From assembly GCF_006345805.1 (NCBI RefSeq), contig NC_043006.1, positions 8,742,001 through 8,806,000 on the forward strand: a DNA stretch of 64,000 bases, read 5' to 3'. Source of the stretch: Octopus sinensis (taxonomy: Eukaryota). Numbering within the stretch: the stretch's first letter is position 1; each line of letters opens with the position of its first letter. A program made the position numbers and the translations under genes. The notes beneath the pieces were generated by a model. That model did no database searches, was not told the DNA's origin, and saw only the letters and a list, made by a program, of their open reading frames with translations. Shown here piece after piece: positions 12,010 to 26,958 of the stretch.

Positions 12010-13330
12010 CCCATATGGTTGGCGGATAGTAGCTCTTTAGCCTTGGATGACAAGCTGTTTAGGAGAAGGATACTCCGGAATTAAACCTGCAGTCTCAAAG
12101 AGCATCCATGGATGAGGATATTTTCATTTTATGGTTTATGCTTTTGGTACTTAGAGAGTGGGATTGTGTGATTGCACGCTCTCTCCTCACTTAAGAAAAT
12201 TGCTGAAGTTGCACGAGCTCAATGAATAGGAGTGAGTGTAACCCGAAAAAGGCTTAAATACAATTTTGAGATCCGTAAACTATGAAAATGTAAATTGCAA
12301 AAAAAGGACTTGGGATCGAGAGGTGAACAGGTCTGGCCTGGCAGGTGTCTCAGAATATCGCAGCATGGGCTCGGTCGTTTTCCTACTATGCGTAAAGCAA
12401 CAACAGAAAATTTTCCATGAATATTGGATGCAGGAACGTAAGAACATTATTGGATTCAGAATTTTAAAAAAATATCCAGAGAGGTCTGCTCATATTGGTA
12501 AAAAGATGCAAAAGTATGCAATAGACATTGTAACATTATCAGAGACTAGATTTCTTTGGCAAGGTAACTTTACTGAGAAATCCAGTGGCTACACCATTTA
12601 TTGGAGTGGGAAAGAAGAAAAAGAAAATTGGTGTTGCATTTGCTCTAAAATCCTCCTTGCTTGATAAGCTAGAGAAATTGCCACGCAGTGTAAATGGTAG
12701 AATGATATTGCTGGGGCTGCCTTTAAAAGCACCGCAAAGCACCGGAAGCTGATAATGTAAATGTAGAACTGTTTAGGTTTGTGGGGTATTACTTGTTAGA
12801 AATGCTGATAGCAGTAATACAGAGGATAAGAAAAACTGAAGTTATGCCAAAGGAATTGAAGGATGCAATCCTATAATTAGTGTTCAAGGGTAAGGGACAA
12901 AAGGATGAATGCAATGACTTTCGTGGTATTTGCTTGCTTGCCACAATTGGCAAAGTTTTATCACGAATTATGTTGGACCGGTTACAGGTACATGTGGCTA
13001 ATGAGATGCTTCCTGAATCACAGAATGGATTCAGAAATGATAGGAGAACTGTTGACACGATCCTCTCTGCACGGCAGTTAGAGGAAAAGTGGGTGGAACA
13101 GCAAATACGATATTATCAGGTATTTATTGATCTTACTGAGGCTTTTAACTCTGTCTTGTGGGAGATCTTGAGGAGACTTGGATGTCCGATAAAGTTTCTC
13201 ACTATTCTGAAGCAATTTAATGATGGCACAGAAGTAAGGATCAACATTGGTTGAAAGCTCTTGGAGTCTTGGAGTAAATCTCTGTGCTGAAATGAGGAAC
13301 AGGAACGTTATACAGTAAACTCTGATACTG
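12010..13330 (+). mobile_element. RTE-clade LINE relic with internal deletion (5' UTR, APE, RT)
   Basis: APE-like KYAIDIVTLSETRF...GYTIYWSGK; RT-like FKGKGQKDECNDFRGICLLATIGKVLSRIMLDRL...PESQNGFR...VFIDLTEAFNSV. Confidence 0.88.
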
Positions 13331-13334
13331 TGGT

Positions 13335-14100
13335 GGGTGGAGATGCCAGGGAAATGAACCAACTAGATAATGAATTACTTGATATTCAAAGACGATTCAC
13401 TAACTTGATGAATTCTCCAGAAGAAAAAAAAACTTCCTATGAATATGAGAAACGTAGATAGGAATATGATAAATAAACTCAAAACATGGATATTGTCATA
13501 CCATACATCCGGACAGAGGGTCTATTGAGCAATATCTGTACTTAACATCCGTAAGAGCTCTTGCAGCATCTCTTCTGCTTGCCCAATCTCTGCGATATTA
13601 TTGTAGTAAAGGCTTTATAAGTTGGTGGGTGTTTAATTTTATCGACTTGATATTTGAGTGGATTTGGGAATTAGGATAGTTTTACTTTCCATATCCCATC
13701 CATTCAAGCATTAAACTCCTCAGCCAGCGTTTTATGTGTTCTTGTTAGATATTTTAAATAACTAGAAGGTGAGGATCTTGTCTTGCCCGAGTACCTTCCA
13801 GTTGCTTAACATTTGAAGTACTTGGGTAAACACTTCATGTGTTATAGAAATCTAGAATCTTTCAGGTGCTGTGTTTATTATTTAGATAGATGTTTTCTGG
13901 GGTTGTTCCATCGTTGACCGTATTTCTTTCGAAAATTCTTCCGCATTTCTACTGGTGGTGCTGCATTAATCTCTATTTTATTTTAGCCAAGATTTTGGGA
14001 GAATCGTTGGGGTTGGAGGTGAACGGTTTGTTTTGTTCAAAGAAACGTTGTGTTTTTGTCCAAGCAGAGGATTCTTTTTACTTTGGCGATGACATCTTGC
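13335..14100 (-). mobile_element. Heavily degraded R4/Dong-type non-LTR retrotransposon fragment
   Basis: Minus-strand remnants such as QV...SNWK..GQD, RTHKTLAEEFN and KTILIPK resemble the region upstream of RT in the 45.6-48.1 kb element; lies beside an (AAG)n/(AAT)n tract. Confidence 0.55.
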
Positions 14101-14105
14101 TTTAA

Positions 14106-14108
14106 ATG

Positions 14109-14140
<32 letters not shown>

Positions 14141-14183
14141 TTCTTCTTCTTCTTCTTCTTCTTCTTCTTCCTCTTCCTCTTCT

Positions 14184-14215
<32 letters not shown>

Positions 14216-14225
14216 TTCCTCTTCC

Positions 14226-14269
<44 letters not shown>

Positions 14270-14281
14270 TTCTCCTTCTTA

Positions 14282-14321
<40 letters not shown>
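14106..14321. repeat. Compound (TCT/TCC)n(ATT)n microsatellite
   Basis: Seen directly; source of the poly-S/L/K/R ORFs. Confidence 0.98.
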
Positions 14322-15313
14322 GAAAGTATTTCCTTCTAATTAAATTAGCAGATTTTTGGATTCCCCATCTCAAAACAATCCTTATAAGTCTTCTGGAACA
14401 CAGAATAACATTTTTGTGCAATACCACATTGCAGATATAACTTCAGATATAATTTGATGACTAATAACTACGGGAAAATAATTTCACCTTTGTGTTCTGA
14501 AATACCTTCATCTATTTGGCTGTATTTTAATATTTCCGCATTTACTTATTTTCTTTTGCGGGATTTAAAACTCACTTATCTTACGATGTCGGCTCTTTTG
14601 TTTCTCCAAGATCATATCAAGTTTATTGGTTTCCAAAGTATAGTATAACGGAATATCTATGAAGGTATGTGTTAACATGCTATAAATTATCATTCATATT
14701 TAAAACCTGAGGCACTTGTTCATAAAAAATTGCATAAATTTAAATTCAAATCTCTTTCATCAGCCCGAGCTCTTGTTCTCGCGTTTACGTTTATAAAAAT
14801 TTAGAGCAAATTAACTGCTGACGATGATATGCCATCGACACATGAATAATACTTAAATCTCCGTAAAAGCCTTTGAGAAACTAAAGGAACAAAATTGCAG
14901 CCCTTTATTTTGACTGCCGCCATTTTCATCCCTGAACATCTTACTTGTACCTGGTGATATTTAATGTGTACCTGGATGCTTAAGTTTCGAAGAAAGCTTT
15001 TTGTTATTAATTCTTGAGTACTGAATGAGATTTTTTTTAATTTAAATTATTTGTATGTCATTTTTTGTAACAGAGAATGATCGAAATTGCCTGGTATTGA
15101 TATGGGCCTTGTTTAGATAGATTCTTTGCACATAGTACAAGACAACCGTAACTTGTCCATTTATTGATTCTGAATGTATATGATGAAGATCGATACCTTT
15201 TTACATAGTGTTAGTTGTTATCTATCAAAATATTCACCAATTTTTTTTCACACTTATTGCTATTGCTTACTTTCAGAAGCCAAGCAATTTGCCCCTCGGT
15301 TTCACCTTTTACT

Positions 15314-15362
<49 letters not shown>

Positions 15363-15413
15363 CCAACACCACCACCAACGCCGCCGCCGCCTCCATCACC
15401 GTCATCATCATCC

Positions 15414-15469
<56 letters not shown>

Positions 15470-15606
15470 GTCGTCGTCGTCGTCGTCGTCGTCATCATCA
15501 TCATCATTATCATCATTATCATCATCATCATCATTAGCAGCAGCAGCAGTAGCAAAGTCACTAACAGCGGCAGTACCATCGTTATCATCATCATCATCAT
15601 CATCAC
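15314..15606. repeat. Compound (CAT)n/(CAC)/(CGT)/(GCA) trinucleotide microsatellite
   Basis: Seen directly; source of the poly-H/S/I/M ORFs. Confidence 0.97.
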
Positions 15607-15924
15607 AACCAATAGTAATACTCTTACTACTGATATTCTCTCTAATGTGAAAATGCTTTTAATGTAGACAGATAATCGTCTACTATCCCGCAGAGAAGAA
15701 CGTAAGACAGGTTTAAGCATTCCAAAATTAAATATGAATAAAAACAATGACAAATCTGTTAATATATAGATTAATCAATAAAAAATAGAACTTGTTTGGT
15801 ACTTTAATAACAGTGCGCAAGAACTCAGATTGATTCTAAATCTGCTGATTACGCTAAATACGAAACATTTCGTATTTCGGCGAAATATTCTCTTACGATT
15901 CTTATCATAAGTCTTGGTTATACT

Positions 15925-16553
15925 CAAGAAGCCAACAAAGCACGCGGAATTCTGTTCTTGATTCGACGGTCATTCGGAATGCTCACAGCAGCCATATTCC
16001 TACCACTCTATGTCACGCTGGTGAGACCCATATTGGAGTACGGGATTCAAGCCTCTTCTCCTTATCTCCTCAAAGACATACAGCATCTCGAAAGAGTCCA
16101 GAAGCTGGCTACCCGCATGGTTCATGGTCTCAAAAATTTGTCCTATGAAGAAAGGCTGAGGACGCTCGACCTTTAATCTCTAGAAAAACGCCGCCGCCGT
16201 GGTGATCTCATTCTCGCCCACAACATCATAAGCGGAAAGTGTAACCTCTCGAAAGAGCTGTTCTTCACTCCTGCTCCAGAGCGTCGGCTGCGGGGTCATT
16301 CCGAAAAGCTCTACCTGCGACGATTTCATCTCAATCGAAGGAGAGGAGCTTTCTCCGTCCGGGTTGCGGATCCGTGGAACAAGCTGCCAGACGAGATGGT
16401 GAAGATACCGACGACCGCTTTGTTCAAAGCCTCCCTTGACCTCAAGTGGCCTGAACTCTTTACATGAACACCACCCTGTACTTAACTCCATGTCCCCCTA
16501 CATGGCCTTGCTATTTGCTTTTGAGCCAAAAATTAACTAACTAACTAACTAAC
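15925..16553 (+). mobile_element. CR1-type LINE 3' fragment with (AACT)n tail
   Basis: LYVTLVRPILEYGIQASSPY...LERVQKLATRMV...LSYEERLRTLDL*SLEKRRRRGDLI...FSVRVADPWNKLP; one premature stop. Confidence 0.93.
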
Positions 16554-18356
16554 ATCTAGCAAGATGCTAAGATTATAAACTTTATCCGTAAGTAATTTCA
16601 CAGTTAAATAAAAAGTACCAAAAGATAAAAGCTTTTTTTTTTTGGTTTCCAGCTCTTAAAATTTCCAAGTAATTTAATATCATTTCTACGATACCATTTT
16701 GAGGTTATCATAATTATCATGACACTGTCTGATTTAATATACATAATAGAGATTCAGGGTCATTAAACATGTACATATAGATATATTGGGGTATAGTAAA
16801 GACGCTACGAGGGCCGAGAGTTGAACTGATAGACATAAATGTGACAGAGCCGTTTTTGGACAAGACAAGACGTTATGACCTCTAGTAAAGCATTTAAATG
16901 CATGTTGATCCAACCTATTTTGTAATATAAACACTAAATGAATACAGCGGCTGCCCTTCTTCTCTCTATTGATGTCAAATTCCCATTGCTCCTTCTGGTC
17001 ATGTTTGGGAGAGTTGTGACTGCATCCATATCAATTTGAAGCGACACAAGTGCCTACTACAATTAGCGACAATACGGTACACTTGCGAGAGAGGCATATG
17101 TATTCATGTAACAGAAACGTGAGCTGTGATTTCAACAATAAACATATCTCTTGGTTTCCAGAAAAATAAATTCGATATTTCTTCCTGATTTTAGAATGTG
17201 CAAATACTAAAATTATAAAATATGTTTAATAATTTCATTTGTATTTAATTCACTTCCACAACTGTAATGCAACGGGATTTCGTACGACACAATTCCCGGT
17301 AACTGTTGCCTTAAACGTAATAGAATTTTATGTAAATACTTTCTCTTGTAGGAATGTAATAAGCATCAACCTGTAATAATAATATATTTACAAATAAATT
17401 TTTTCAGAAGTTATGATATCAAGGTTTTTAAAGTCAGACTAAAATATTTAGCCATTGGATTACGAAAATGTATTATCATTGTGGTCTCTATCAGGTCGTA
17501 TTTGTGAGGGCTTGAATGTACAAATATCATGGAAGAAAAAAAACGACCAGCTTCTCTAGATATTTCCAAGGGATACTGTTTATTGCAACATAGTGAATTA
17601 CTAAATTCTTTTCTTAATTGTGTGCGTTTTATTGAAGGAGAATTTTGGCCTCAGTTTTGCGAGGCTTGACAGCTAAAATATTACAATTTTAACAGTATTA
17701 TGCAAATATTACTGCATCATAAATGGAGGAAGATAGGTACTTCAAGAATACTGAAGTTTCAGTGAAAGATAACAATACACAAAAAGTGACGTTGAGTATC
17801 AGTGAACACAAATTTTTGTGCAAACCAGTTTCAGATGAATGCTTATGCATTTCAAAGTAGCAGAAATGACGTACGGTTGACATCTAGGAAGACCCTTAAG
17901 TGTAATAAAAAAAATTGCAATAAAAGATATACCTGTTAATTAGATTTGAGCAGTAGTAGCAGCCGTGCAGTAATACTTTGACAATGAACGGATGACTTCG
18001 GAGGTGTAGCCTAATTACGTTTGTAAAAGGTTTATCATTCTTTGCCCCTGAATACGAATAGTAGAAGTGGTTTCACAATTTCAGAAAAGTATTATCGTTT
18101 GGAATATACACTTGGGAAAACGGTAGGTGCGCAGCCACATTGAAGATTCTTTAAAAGATAGCCAGTAATTGATACGGCATAGGTTTTAAACTTGCAGAAG
18201 TTATATATTCAGAGGTGCGAAATATATTTATTTCAAGTGAGCAATGTAGCTTGTGATTTGACGTAGGTTTAAAATTCTTCGATTGTTTTGTAGATGTCTG
18301 GAGCCGAAATAAATTACCTACATACAGGAACAGTTTAAGAAACACTGTGTCACCTC

Positions 18357-18458
<102 letters not shown>

Positions 18459-18559
18459 GTGCCCAGAGAGAATGCTTCCTCTGCTTCCATCCAACCATCG
18501 CACATTCTCTGCGTTCACTGTCTACTCCTCACTGCTATACAATAGTAGCACTAACTAGC

Positions 18560-19320
18560 AGACGATGAAGAGAGGATCCCATCAACATCATCAGAAGCAA
18601 TAGTTCCCTGAAGATTTCCAATTTGTCCATATTCTTACGTCTATGATTGCAGAGGACGAATACCTCTCCACAGTTGATTTGGGTCGCGTAGGTAGTGGAA
18701 GCTATGAACTAAATCTATAGCGCTTTCTAAACACTGAAGCTGTTTTCTTCTTTAATCTGACTGCTTTCTACCCCTGCACGTCCGACACATAAATGTCTAT
18801 ATTTGCCGCCAGCTCAACTCTTGATATCAGAATATCTCTTGTGCACTCATATTTCAAGTCATGTACACCGTATGTAATTCCTATATATTCGTTGACAGCA
18901 TATAAACCAGGACCAATCGTTTGAAGGCATCAGACCCTCCCAGTTCCCCATTTTATGATATATTTCTCTCCAATTTCAGTATGAGGGTATCAGGATTCGA
19001 TGTTGTTATTCTGACTCTTCGAGTATTTTCAGTAACGGACTCGTGATATATATTCACGGTGATATTTCAACTCATGATATATTTTAACTCTTAACCGACT
19101 TGTGATATATTTTCATTTTCACTCTTCCGTGCAATTACAATTTTCACCTTCAGCAGGCATTTGTATTACAATTTCGAAGCGTTATCTTCTCCACCACATT
19201 CCCCTCCTAGTATGTATTGATTTGCATTGAGGTACTGATTCGTAATTCGGAATACTTTTTGCATCTGACTCATTGCAGAACACAGACACTTCTGTTTTTG
19301 TGTTGTTGTTCAAGCTATGT
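18560..19320 (-). mobile_element. Possible very old LINE (RTE-like) remnant
   Basis: Only weak motif remnants (WEGLMPSNDW, YRNY) on the minus strand. Confidence 0.25.
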
Positions 19321-21565
19321 ACATAAGCTATCCAGTTTTCCCTCCTTGCTATGTGATATAGTTCTTAACCATTTTCTTTCTTTACCTGTCTTTTAACGTC
19401 TTTTTTCCCCTGCTATCTTAAGTGCTTTCCCACCAGCATGTTACCATGGGCCTGGCGGATAGACACGCACACATTCACACCCGCACACTCATACGCATAT
19501 GTAAACACACACACACACACACACACATATAAGTATACACACACGCACAGACATAAAGTCTAACTGGCGTACATATATATATTCAAAGAATGCTTATTAA
19601 TCGATATCAACAGGCAGGCAAGGTGATAATCAATAAAGAAATAAATATGTGAAATTGTTCATTTAGTCTACTGTGCTGCAAAGTTTCACATCAAATATGA
19701 ACTGTCATCGACGATGCGGCATTTGATACCGCAATATTACACCTCATTACATACGTCATGCTGTTGCAATTTAAAAAAAATAAAAGGAAAACTTGTTTGT
19801 CATATGTATGGAGACGGACATCACACACATACACAGAAACACACACAAACACAGAAAGAACCATATATATATATATATATATATGCACATACGCACACAC
19901 ACACACACACGTATATAGTGGGGAGTTTATATGTCTGTTTGTGATCATGGTTACAGATTAAATCGCTGACCGCCTGATCATAGAAGAGGAAGTTCTGGCG
20001 TTCATGGTATCAGTAACAGACACCATAAGATTGAGCTCATGTTATCATTTGGTAAAGAACACTGCACATCTTTTGTAGGAGTGTATGATCGTTTGATATA
20101 AAAACATACGGAAATGTTAACCTTACAAGCTATGAAAATAGGGCAGGCGTGATACGGATACCCACTTCAGGTATGATATAATGCTGAAATGTATTGTATA
20201 GCTAACCTCTTAAGTTTGTAAAAAAGTCATCATGTCTGTAGATCGCTGGATAATAAAACGCCATTAATACTAGAAAAGAATTATTAATACTTGAAAAAAG
20301 TGTGGGATATTATGAAGGAAAGATTGCAGAGATATCACATCATATGGTAAACAGATTTTATGAATGATGCTTAGGTATAACTGTTACAGACTATGGGAAT
20401 CTTTTGCAGGAAACATAGGATATCTTCAAAACTGGCATTATCCGAACATACTTCAGTATCGCCTCAGATTCTGTATGTATTTTATCTTTTTAGGCTGGTT
20501 GATCATAGAATAACCAAGCCACTAGCTAATGATGACTTTTCCTTTCGTGGATCGGATACGACACAGGCCCAATGACTATCAAAGTCTACCTTAAAATATA
20601 CTTAAAATTAGCTATTACTCTAATCACTTCTAATCACATTCCTTGGAATATCTTGTTATGGTAGACTCTTCTTGAGTACTATTTCATCGAATTCTGTCGG
20701 ATAAATTAAAACAAACTGAATAGGCCAACGAAAACTTAAACGCACACCTCGTAAATGCGAAATACCCGAAGGCAGTGCCTCTGCATGGACGCATTCTGAT
20801 GACTGAAACAAATAAATGGTTAAATACAAACGATGGCTTTAAAAGTATACTAACGTAGGTCACATTCATCATCTCAAGAGAACCCCACGTAATTCACAAA
20901 TAAACTTTTGGTGACGCATAAGGTCCTAAGTACAATGAATCTTCCAAACACTTACAGGCCAAGACCATCATGTATAAATACGGGAACAGAAGGAGCATCA
21001 AGCTTACTTAGTGATATGAGGCCCAATATTTCTAACAATCTTGGAATTAAATTTCATTTGCAAGCACTCATTTGATCACTTGTTTTTAATCGTTTCACTA
21101 ACGAATCTGAAATCATATTTGTTGAATAGGTGTTAACACATTCATGCACACACTCACATGCATGCTTAGCTGATGAGCTTTAAATGTGAATTTGGTACAG
21201 AAAGCGAAATCAATTGATACTGTGGTATCTACTCTCGTATATTTAGTTTTACAAACAGGGACGGCAATTGTTCTAAATGAATTTGCTGCATTCTTCGTGA
21301 GTTTTTACATATAGTGAGAGGTATATGGTTTTGGAGAGTTTTAACTCTGCTTTGAAGCAAACAGATATATATTGTACCCTGACTTTTAATATATATATAT
21401 ATATATATATAGATGAGTGTATTTTTACCTTGTTAACAATTAACACGGAAAAATAAATAAATAGTTACCAGGGCAGCAAAAATCTCACAAGTAAAGTTGT
21501 TGTAACTCCTTGTTTATAAAGGTAGAAACTTCGTATTTACTCCATTTTTTATTCATATATATATA

Positions 21566-21610
<45 letters not shown>

Positions 21611-21635
21611 GTGAGATAGAGAGAAAAAGACAAAG

Positions 21636-21690
<55 letters not shown>

Positions 21691-21894
21691 AGCAGAGGAG
21701 AAAAAAGTTAGGGAGAAAATAGTGATAGAAATACTGGTAATGATGACAAGGGGAAATATCGACCTAGAATACACCAAATCTTACATAGAAGCTAATTCGA
21801 TAATACACTGGTAATTTCCTGTGTAATATTAGTGCATAAGCCAGCCACACTCATGTGTGCATATGTATCTGACTGCACTGTGTAATGTGAATAA

Positions 21895-22295
21895 TGCAGA
21901 AATTAACTAAACATTTAAAATTTGGCTCAAGGCCACATATTTCCGTGGAGAAGGTACATTTATTACATCCAAACCATTTCTAAACCGGTAAGTATTTCAT
22001 CAACCCAATAGTATGAAAAACACAATTCACCTCGTCAGAATTCGAACCTAGAACACGAAGATGGATGAAATACCGTTAATCATTCGCTCGGTTCGGTGTG
22101 CTAACGATTCTGCCAACTTGCCGCCTTTGGTTTCAAATTTTCGTACGAGACCAACAAGTTTGGCGGGGCGGGATAAGTACATTACTTCAGCTACGGTGTT
22201 CAACTTGTACTTAAATTATCGAAATCGAAAGAATGAAAGACAAAGTTGACCTCGGCGGAATTTAAATTCAGAACGTAAAGGCTGACAAAATACCT
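21895..22295 (-). mobile_element. Two older, stacked family-2 SINE copies
   Basis: gaaagaatgaaagacaaagttgacctcggcggaattt and gtgctaacgattctgccaac match family 2 in reverse. Confidence 0.7.
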
Positions 22296-22521
22296 ATTTC
22301 TTTACTGCCCACAAAGGTCTAAACACACAGGGAGGACAAACAAGGACAGAGAAAGGGATTAAGTCGATTACATCGACCCCAGTGCGTAACTGGTACTTAA
22401 TTTATCGACCCCGAAAAGATGAAAGGCAAAGTCGACCTCGGCAGAATTTGAACTCAGAACATAACGGCAGACGAAATACGGCTACGCATTTTGCCCGGCG
22501 TGCTAACGTTTGTGCCTGCTC
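22295..22521 (-). mobile_element. tRNA-derived SINE family 2
   Basis: Reverse complement of 36047-36250 (gtcgactttgcctttcatc...ggggtcgataaat core). Confidence 0.9.
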
Positions 22522-23799
22522 TAAGCCTTAGATATAGATATTAATTAATGACGGAACGTCAACAGCTCAAATGTGCAAACTACTGTAACTACTACTGTAC
22601 TAGCGCTATTTGTTGGTGCTTTATAAGGAGCTGGTTTGTGATATTGATTACAGAAGACACGGAGGATTCATTTTTTGGCAAAGAATAAATCTCTTGGTCA
22701 GGAGACGTAGTTCTGGGCCTTCTGATGTACGTTGCTTTGTGCATAATATATATATATATATATACACTCACAAACATATATACATTGTGTTTTTCTTGAT
22801 TCTCCTCCCTCATCTCTTCATTCATCCATCATGTCTACTACTTTTTATTCCGATAATTTGTTTGGTAAACTATTAAGTCCCTCCACAAATTTCTTCACTC
22901 ACTAAAGCAAACCCTTCACTGAAACATTTAAACGTAAGGCAATACAATGCCGTTTGGCAAAATTCAAATCTCAGTCAACCTGAAATCAACAACCCACAAG
23001 CACACACATCCTCTTCCCAACATATATATATTTATGCGTATTTGTGGATTTCTTCATATATTGTGCATGTATTTGCATGCGTGTGTGTTTTAGTTTTCCT
23101 CAACGTAATCTCTGCGAGTCCGAACTAATATATTCGTTTGAATTGTTTTTGTAACATTCCATTACTATTTATTTGGGAAGCAAAAGAAAAGTACAAAAAA
23201 ACTGTACATAAAAATAACATTTGTAATGTGAATGTGCTATTAACCGAGATATCACTGCACTTCACTGCAAGCAGTCTCATTATAATCTGATATTTTGATT
23301 GTAAAGGATTATTCTGCCGATTTCCAATTTCACTTTATTGGAATGAATATTTTTCTTTCATTCATCTGTAGCAATTTTTCTACATTTTTTGAAAAAAAGA
23401 GAAATATATATTCTTAAAACTATTTCAATTAAGGAATCATTTCTCGACGTATTACATGATCCTTGCAGAAATGTTTGCAAAGATGCCGTCTAATTTCTGC
23501 TTGACTTTTTAATCCTATCACGTCAAGAATGACAAATGGAGACACAGGGAAAAAAAAAATATTTGGTATTAATGGAAGTGGAGTGGAAATGAAATTGTAC
23601 TGAATTTATATTATATTGCTGTTTCTTTTACATTGAAAATATAAAACGAATGAATACAATATTGAAAATCGTAACCATCGATTAACAAATGAAATATAAA
23701 TTTTGAATACGCTATATTTTTATGAGCAAAGTTGCATTACGTAGAAAGGTGATTGGTGGCAAATAAGGTGCAGTAAGTAAAGAAGTCTAATAAACGGAA

Positions 23800-24690
23800 T
23801 ACTGGATTAAGGAGCTGATGGGTTTAAATGCAATGGGATCCCTCATAGTGTTCATCAGTTGTAATTGCTAGAATACCTATCACAATTATACTCGAGTTCT
23901 TTCAGTTTATTTAACAAAATCATTTTAAGAAGAACTTTGTATAAAGAAATAAATGTATTTTGGAATCTTTCTCTCCGCAATATTTCATTTAACCTGATGA
24001 TTTGTTGGATGCGCAAGACCAAATTTTGAACACAAACTGGAAGGTCAACGTTAGGAAAAAGACAATGTCTCCACTGTGCCGCATGTGTAACAGAGCTGCC
24101 TAAAACCAGTATAAGTTGTGACGACCGGTGATGAACCGGTTGCATTGGACACTATGTAAAATGTTGAAACTAACGTGGTATGAGCACAAACCGCAGAGGG
24201 TGGCAGAGTTGGATACCTGAAAAATCCTGTGGGATTTCCCAATTATAACAAATCAGGAGCTAGAGAATAACAAGCTGGTATTACTGGTGGTAAACAACGT
24301 GTTCCGCATATGCTATGATGTTGATGTTTAGGACCCTATTTTTCCTGCGAATAGTCAAGAAGGAAGGCGAAAAAATAGATATGTGTCATCCATCTAAGTA
24401 CGAAATAGTCTGCCTATGGAAAACGGTGCCAATCATTTTCGGGTCCTTGGGGACAATATCGGATGGTATCAAAAGGAATATAATGTAAATCGGAATAGAG
24501 TGCTCAAGAGAGTTGTTACAAGAGGTTTACCTCCTCGACACAGTCAGAATAATCAAGAAAGAATTAAATTGTTGAAAAGAATAAATAGCATGGTACTGTA
24601 GGTTGCAGATAGTAAGCACGCTGCACGAGGTAGACCCCAGGAATTCCAACAAAACGTGAGTGAAAACGAACAAAAGCAACACTAATGAAT
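23800..24690 (+). mobile_element. R4/Dong-type element 3' end (zinc knuckle and restriction-like endonuclease relic) ending in (AAT)n
   Basis: DLLDAQDQILNTN...SPLCRMC (AQDQ..CR.C motif) and TNQELENNKLVLLVVNNVFRICYDVDV; (AAT)n follows at ~24687-24732. Confidence 0.65.
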
Positions 24691-24691
24691 C

Positions 24692-24734
<43 letters not shown>

Positions 24735-24859
24735 GTTTCAAAATGAGGCACCACCACCACCTTCACCACCACAACCTTCACCACCACCACCGCCACAATC
24801 AACAACAGTAATAATTATTATTACAATTTAAAATCTATCACTCCATTCGCCTTTTATCT

Positions 24860-25480
24860 TACCTCTATAACCTGTTTACCAAGGCCATGGACACCAGAGT
24901 AGCTAAACATCTCAACAGCCAACAGCCAATAGAGCAAGTAGGTTTTCGTATGAAATAGACTGCTATAGATCAATTTGAATCTAGCACAGATCGTAGGACA
25001 GCGTCTGTGTATAGCTTTTGCTGATTTAGAAAAAGCCGTTGATAGCGACGGGGCGAACTCAGTGTTGAAGGTTTCGAGGCGCAATACATCAGCAGATATA
25101 GCTCAGTTATTAACACGAATAAGCGTCGCAATTAAGAGTGGGGTTAAACAAGGAAAAACCATCCCTCTCAAGCTGTATAATGTATGTTTTGATATAGTCA
25201 TCAAAGATATCGACTGCACAGCCGGTCTAAACATCAATGTAGAGCAATTAACACACGTCCGATTCGGAGATAGCATTGTTCTTGCTGAAACCAGAGGCCA
25301 GTTGCAAACAATACTGACAAAGCTGAATGCTCAGAGCTCAGATAGGTCTTAAAATCAAACACCTGAAAGCAAAATGTATGCAGCTAGAATACATAGGACG
25401 ACGCCCGGTAAAATGTGGGAGGCGACAGATTGAGGAGATAAAGGAGTAGATCTACTTAGGGCACACTGAATATGGGCCGA
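24860..25480 (+). mobile_element. RTE-clade RT fragment
   Basis: PIEQVGFR...LCIAFADLEKAVDS...IKSGVKQG...LTHVRFGDSIVL...IYLG. Confidence 0.75.
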
Positions 25481-26470
25481 TATATGCAGTAATACCCCAC
25501 TGAAGGGTGAAATTGACAAAGACAACCAAAGTACTTAGTTTTGAATGTCATGTAGTTAGTCTAATAGTTTACTTAGCCGATCTGTTGTCTCACGGGAATT
25601 CAAACGAACGGAAATCCGGCTGACAAACCGTGGGGAAGAATCGCAAGCATACATATACACATACACATACTTATATACATACATATTTATGTATTTACAA
25701 AATTCAATCACAAGGCATTGGTCGGTTTGATTGCTACGAAATAAAGCAATTGCATAAATTCCCACGGTGTACGACGGAACCCGAAACTGTGTTTGCAAAG
25801 CGTTTTTCTTAACCACACAACCGATATAAATGATTTCTTCGTTGACTTCTCCACACACACTGTGTTTCATATAGAGGGAGGGGGAGGGAGTATAGAAAAG
25901 AGGTAGAATGAATGTTAATACAAGCAATGAAGGATGAATGCAAAGACAAGGCTTTGCGGCAGTCAATGTGTAAATGAATGCTATTCACAGAAGTAAAAGA
26001 GAAAAAACAAAAGGAAAACAGAAGAGGAAAATGTGGAGGAGTGAGAGTAAATAAGAGAGTAGTTATGACAAGAGTTATAACAATGGGAAATTTGTATTAT
26101 ATTATTATATTTTAATGTAAAAAATATTTCTCACTGAAACTTTATATTATTTTCATTACTTTGTATAAGACCAAAGACATCCGAGAAGAGTAAAACTATT
26201 CATTGTATAAAAACCATATTATTTTTCATATTGCCATAATAGCAACGTGTACATTTACACTATGTACATAATATTCTAATGAAGGTATCTGATTTTAGCT
26301 ATTAAACATCTAACAATCCCCTACCCAGCTACATTTAATAGGACTATTAAAAAAGAAAATGGAAGCTTTTTAATTTAAGTTCAATATTGTATGACACAGA
26401 TTGTTCACTCCTGAAACACGCACAAAACATTTACGGCAATTATAAGGAAAAGAAATGTTCAGCTACTTAC

Positions 26471-26538
26471 CATGTCTATTTCTGTGACAGGACCCATGCT
26501 TCGAATGAGTATATGTGCCCGGATATAAAGCGGTTTAC
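26471..26538 (-). CDS. Coding exon (68 nt, phase 1 to 0) of the same Cys-loop receptor subunit
   Basis: Minus strand: tttatcatttctag|GT AAA CCG...GAC ATG|gtaagt. Translates (G)KPLYIRAHILIRSMGPVTEIDM. IRSMGP...DM is typical of GRD/8916-type subunits, and 68 nt is the conserved exon size in GABA-A genes. Confidence 0.95.
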
Positions 26539-26914
26539 CTAGAAATGATAAACAATTTCAATATAATATCTGCGTTAAATCGAAAATTATATATGTCCCA
26601 TTTGCTCTCTCAACTATTTCCTCCCTAAATATAATTCACACTTCGGAACTGATACGCTGTAATATCCAGCGTTGATATTTTCGAAGTATATATCCTACCG
26701 CGTACCTGAGAGACTTCGTCATGTGACAAGATGAAGCCACATCTATTACAAAGTCACTACAATTATTTGACAAAATTACGGATGAAGTAACAAAGAGAAT
26801 ATGTGTGCACAGTTTTTATGTTAACTGACACCCATTACACAGTGGTTCTAGAGCATTTAACGTGTATAACAAACAGTAATTTCACCATAGCCTATGTAAA
26901 ATATATAGTTTTGA

Positions 26915-26958
<44 letters not shown>

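Noticed and set aside
13978-15753. Long ORFs of poly-K/R/S/L/H/I/M
   Set aside because: Translations of trinucleotide microsatellites that lack stops in several frames; no coding signature.
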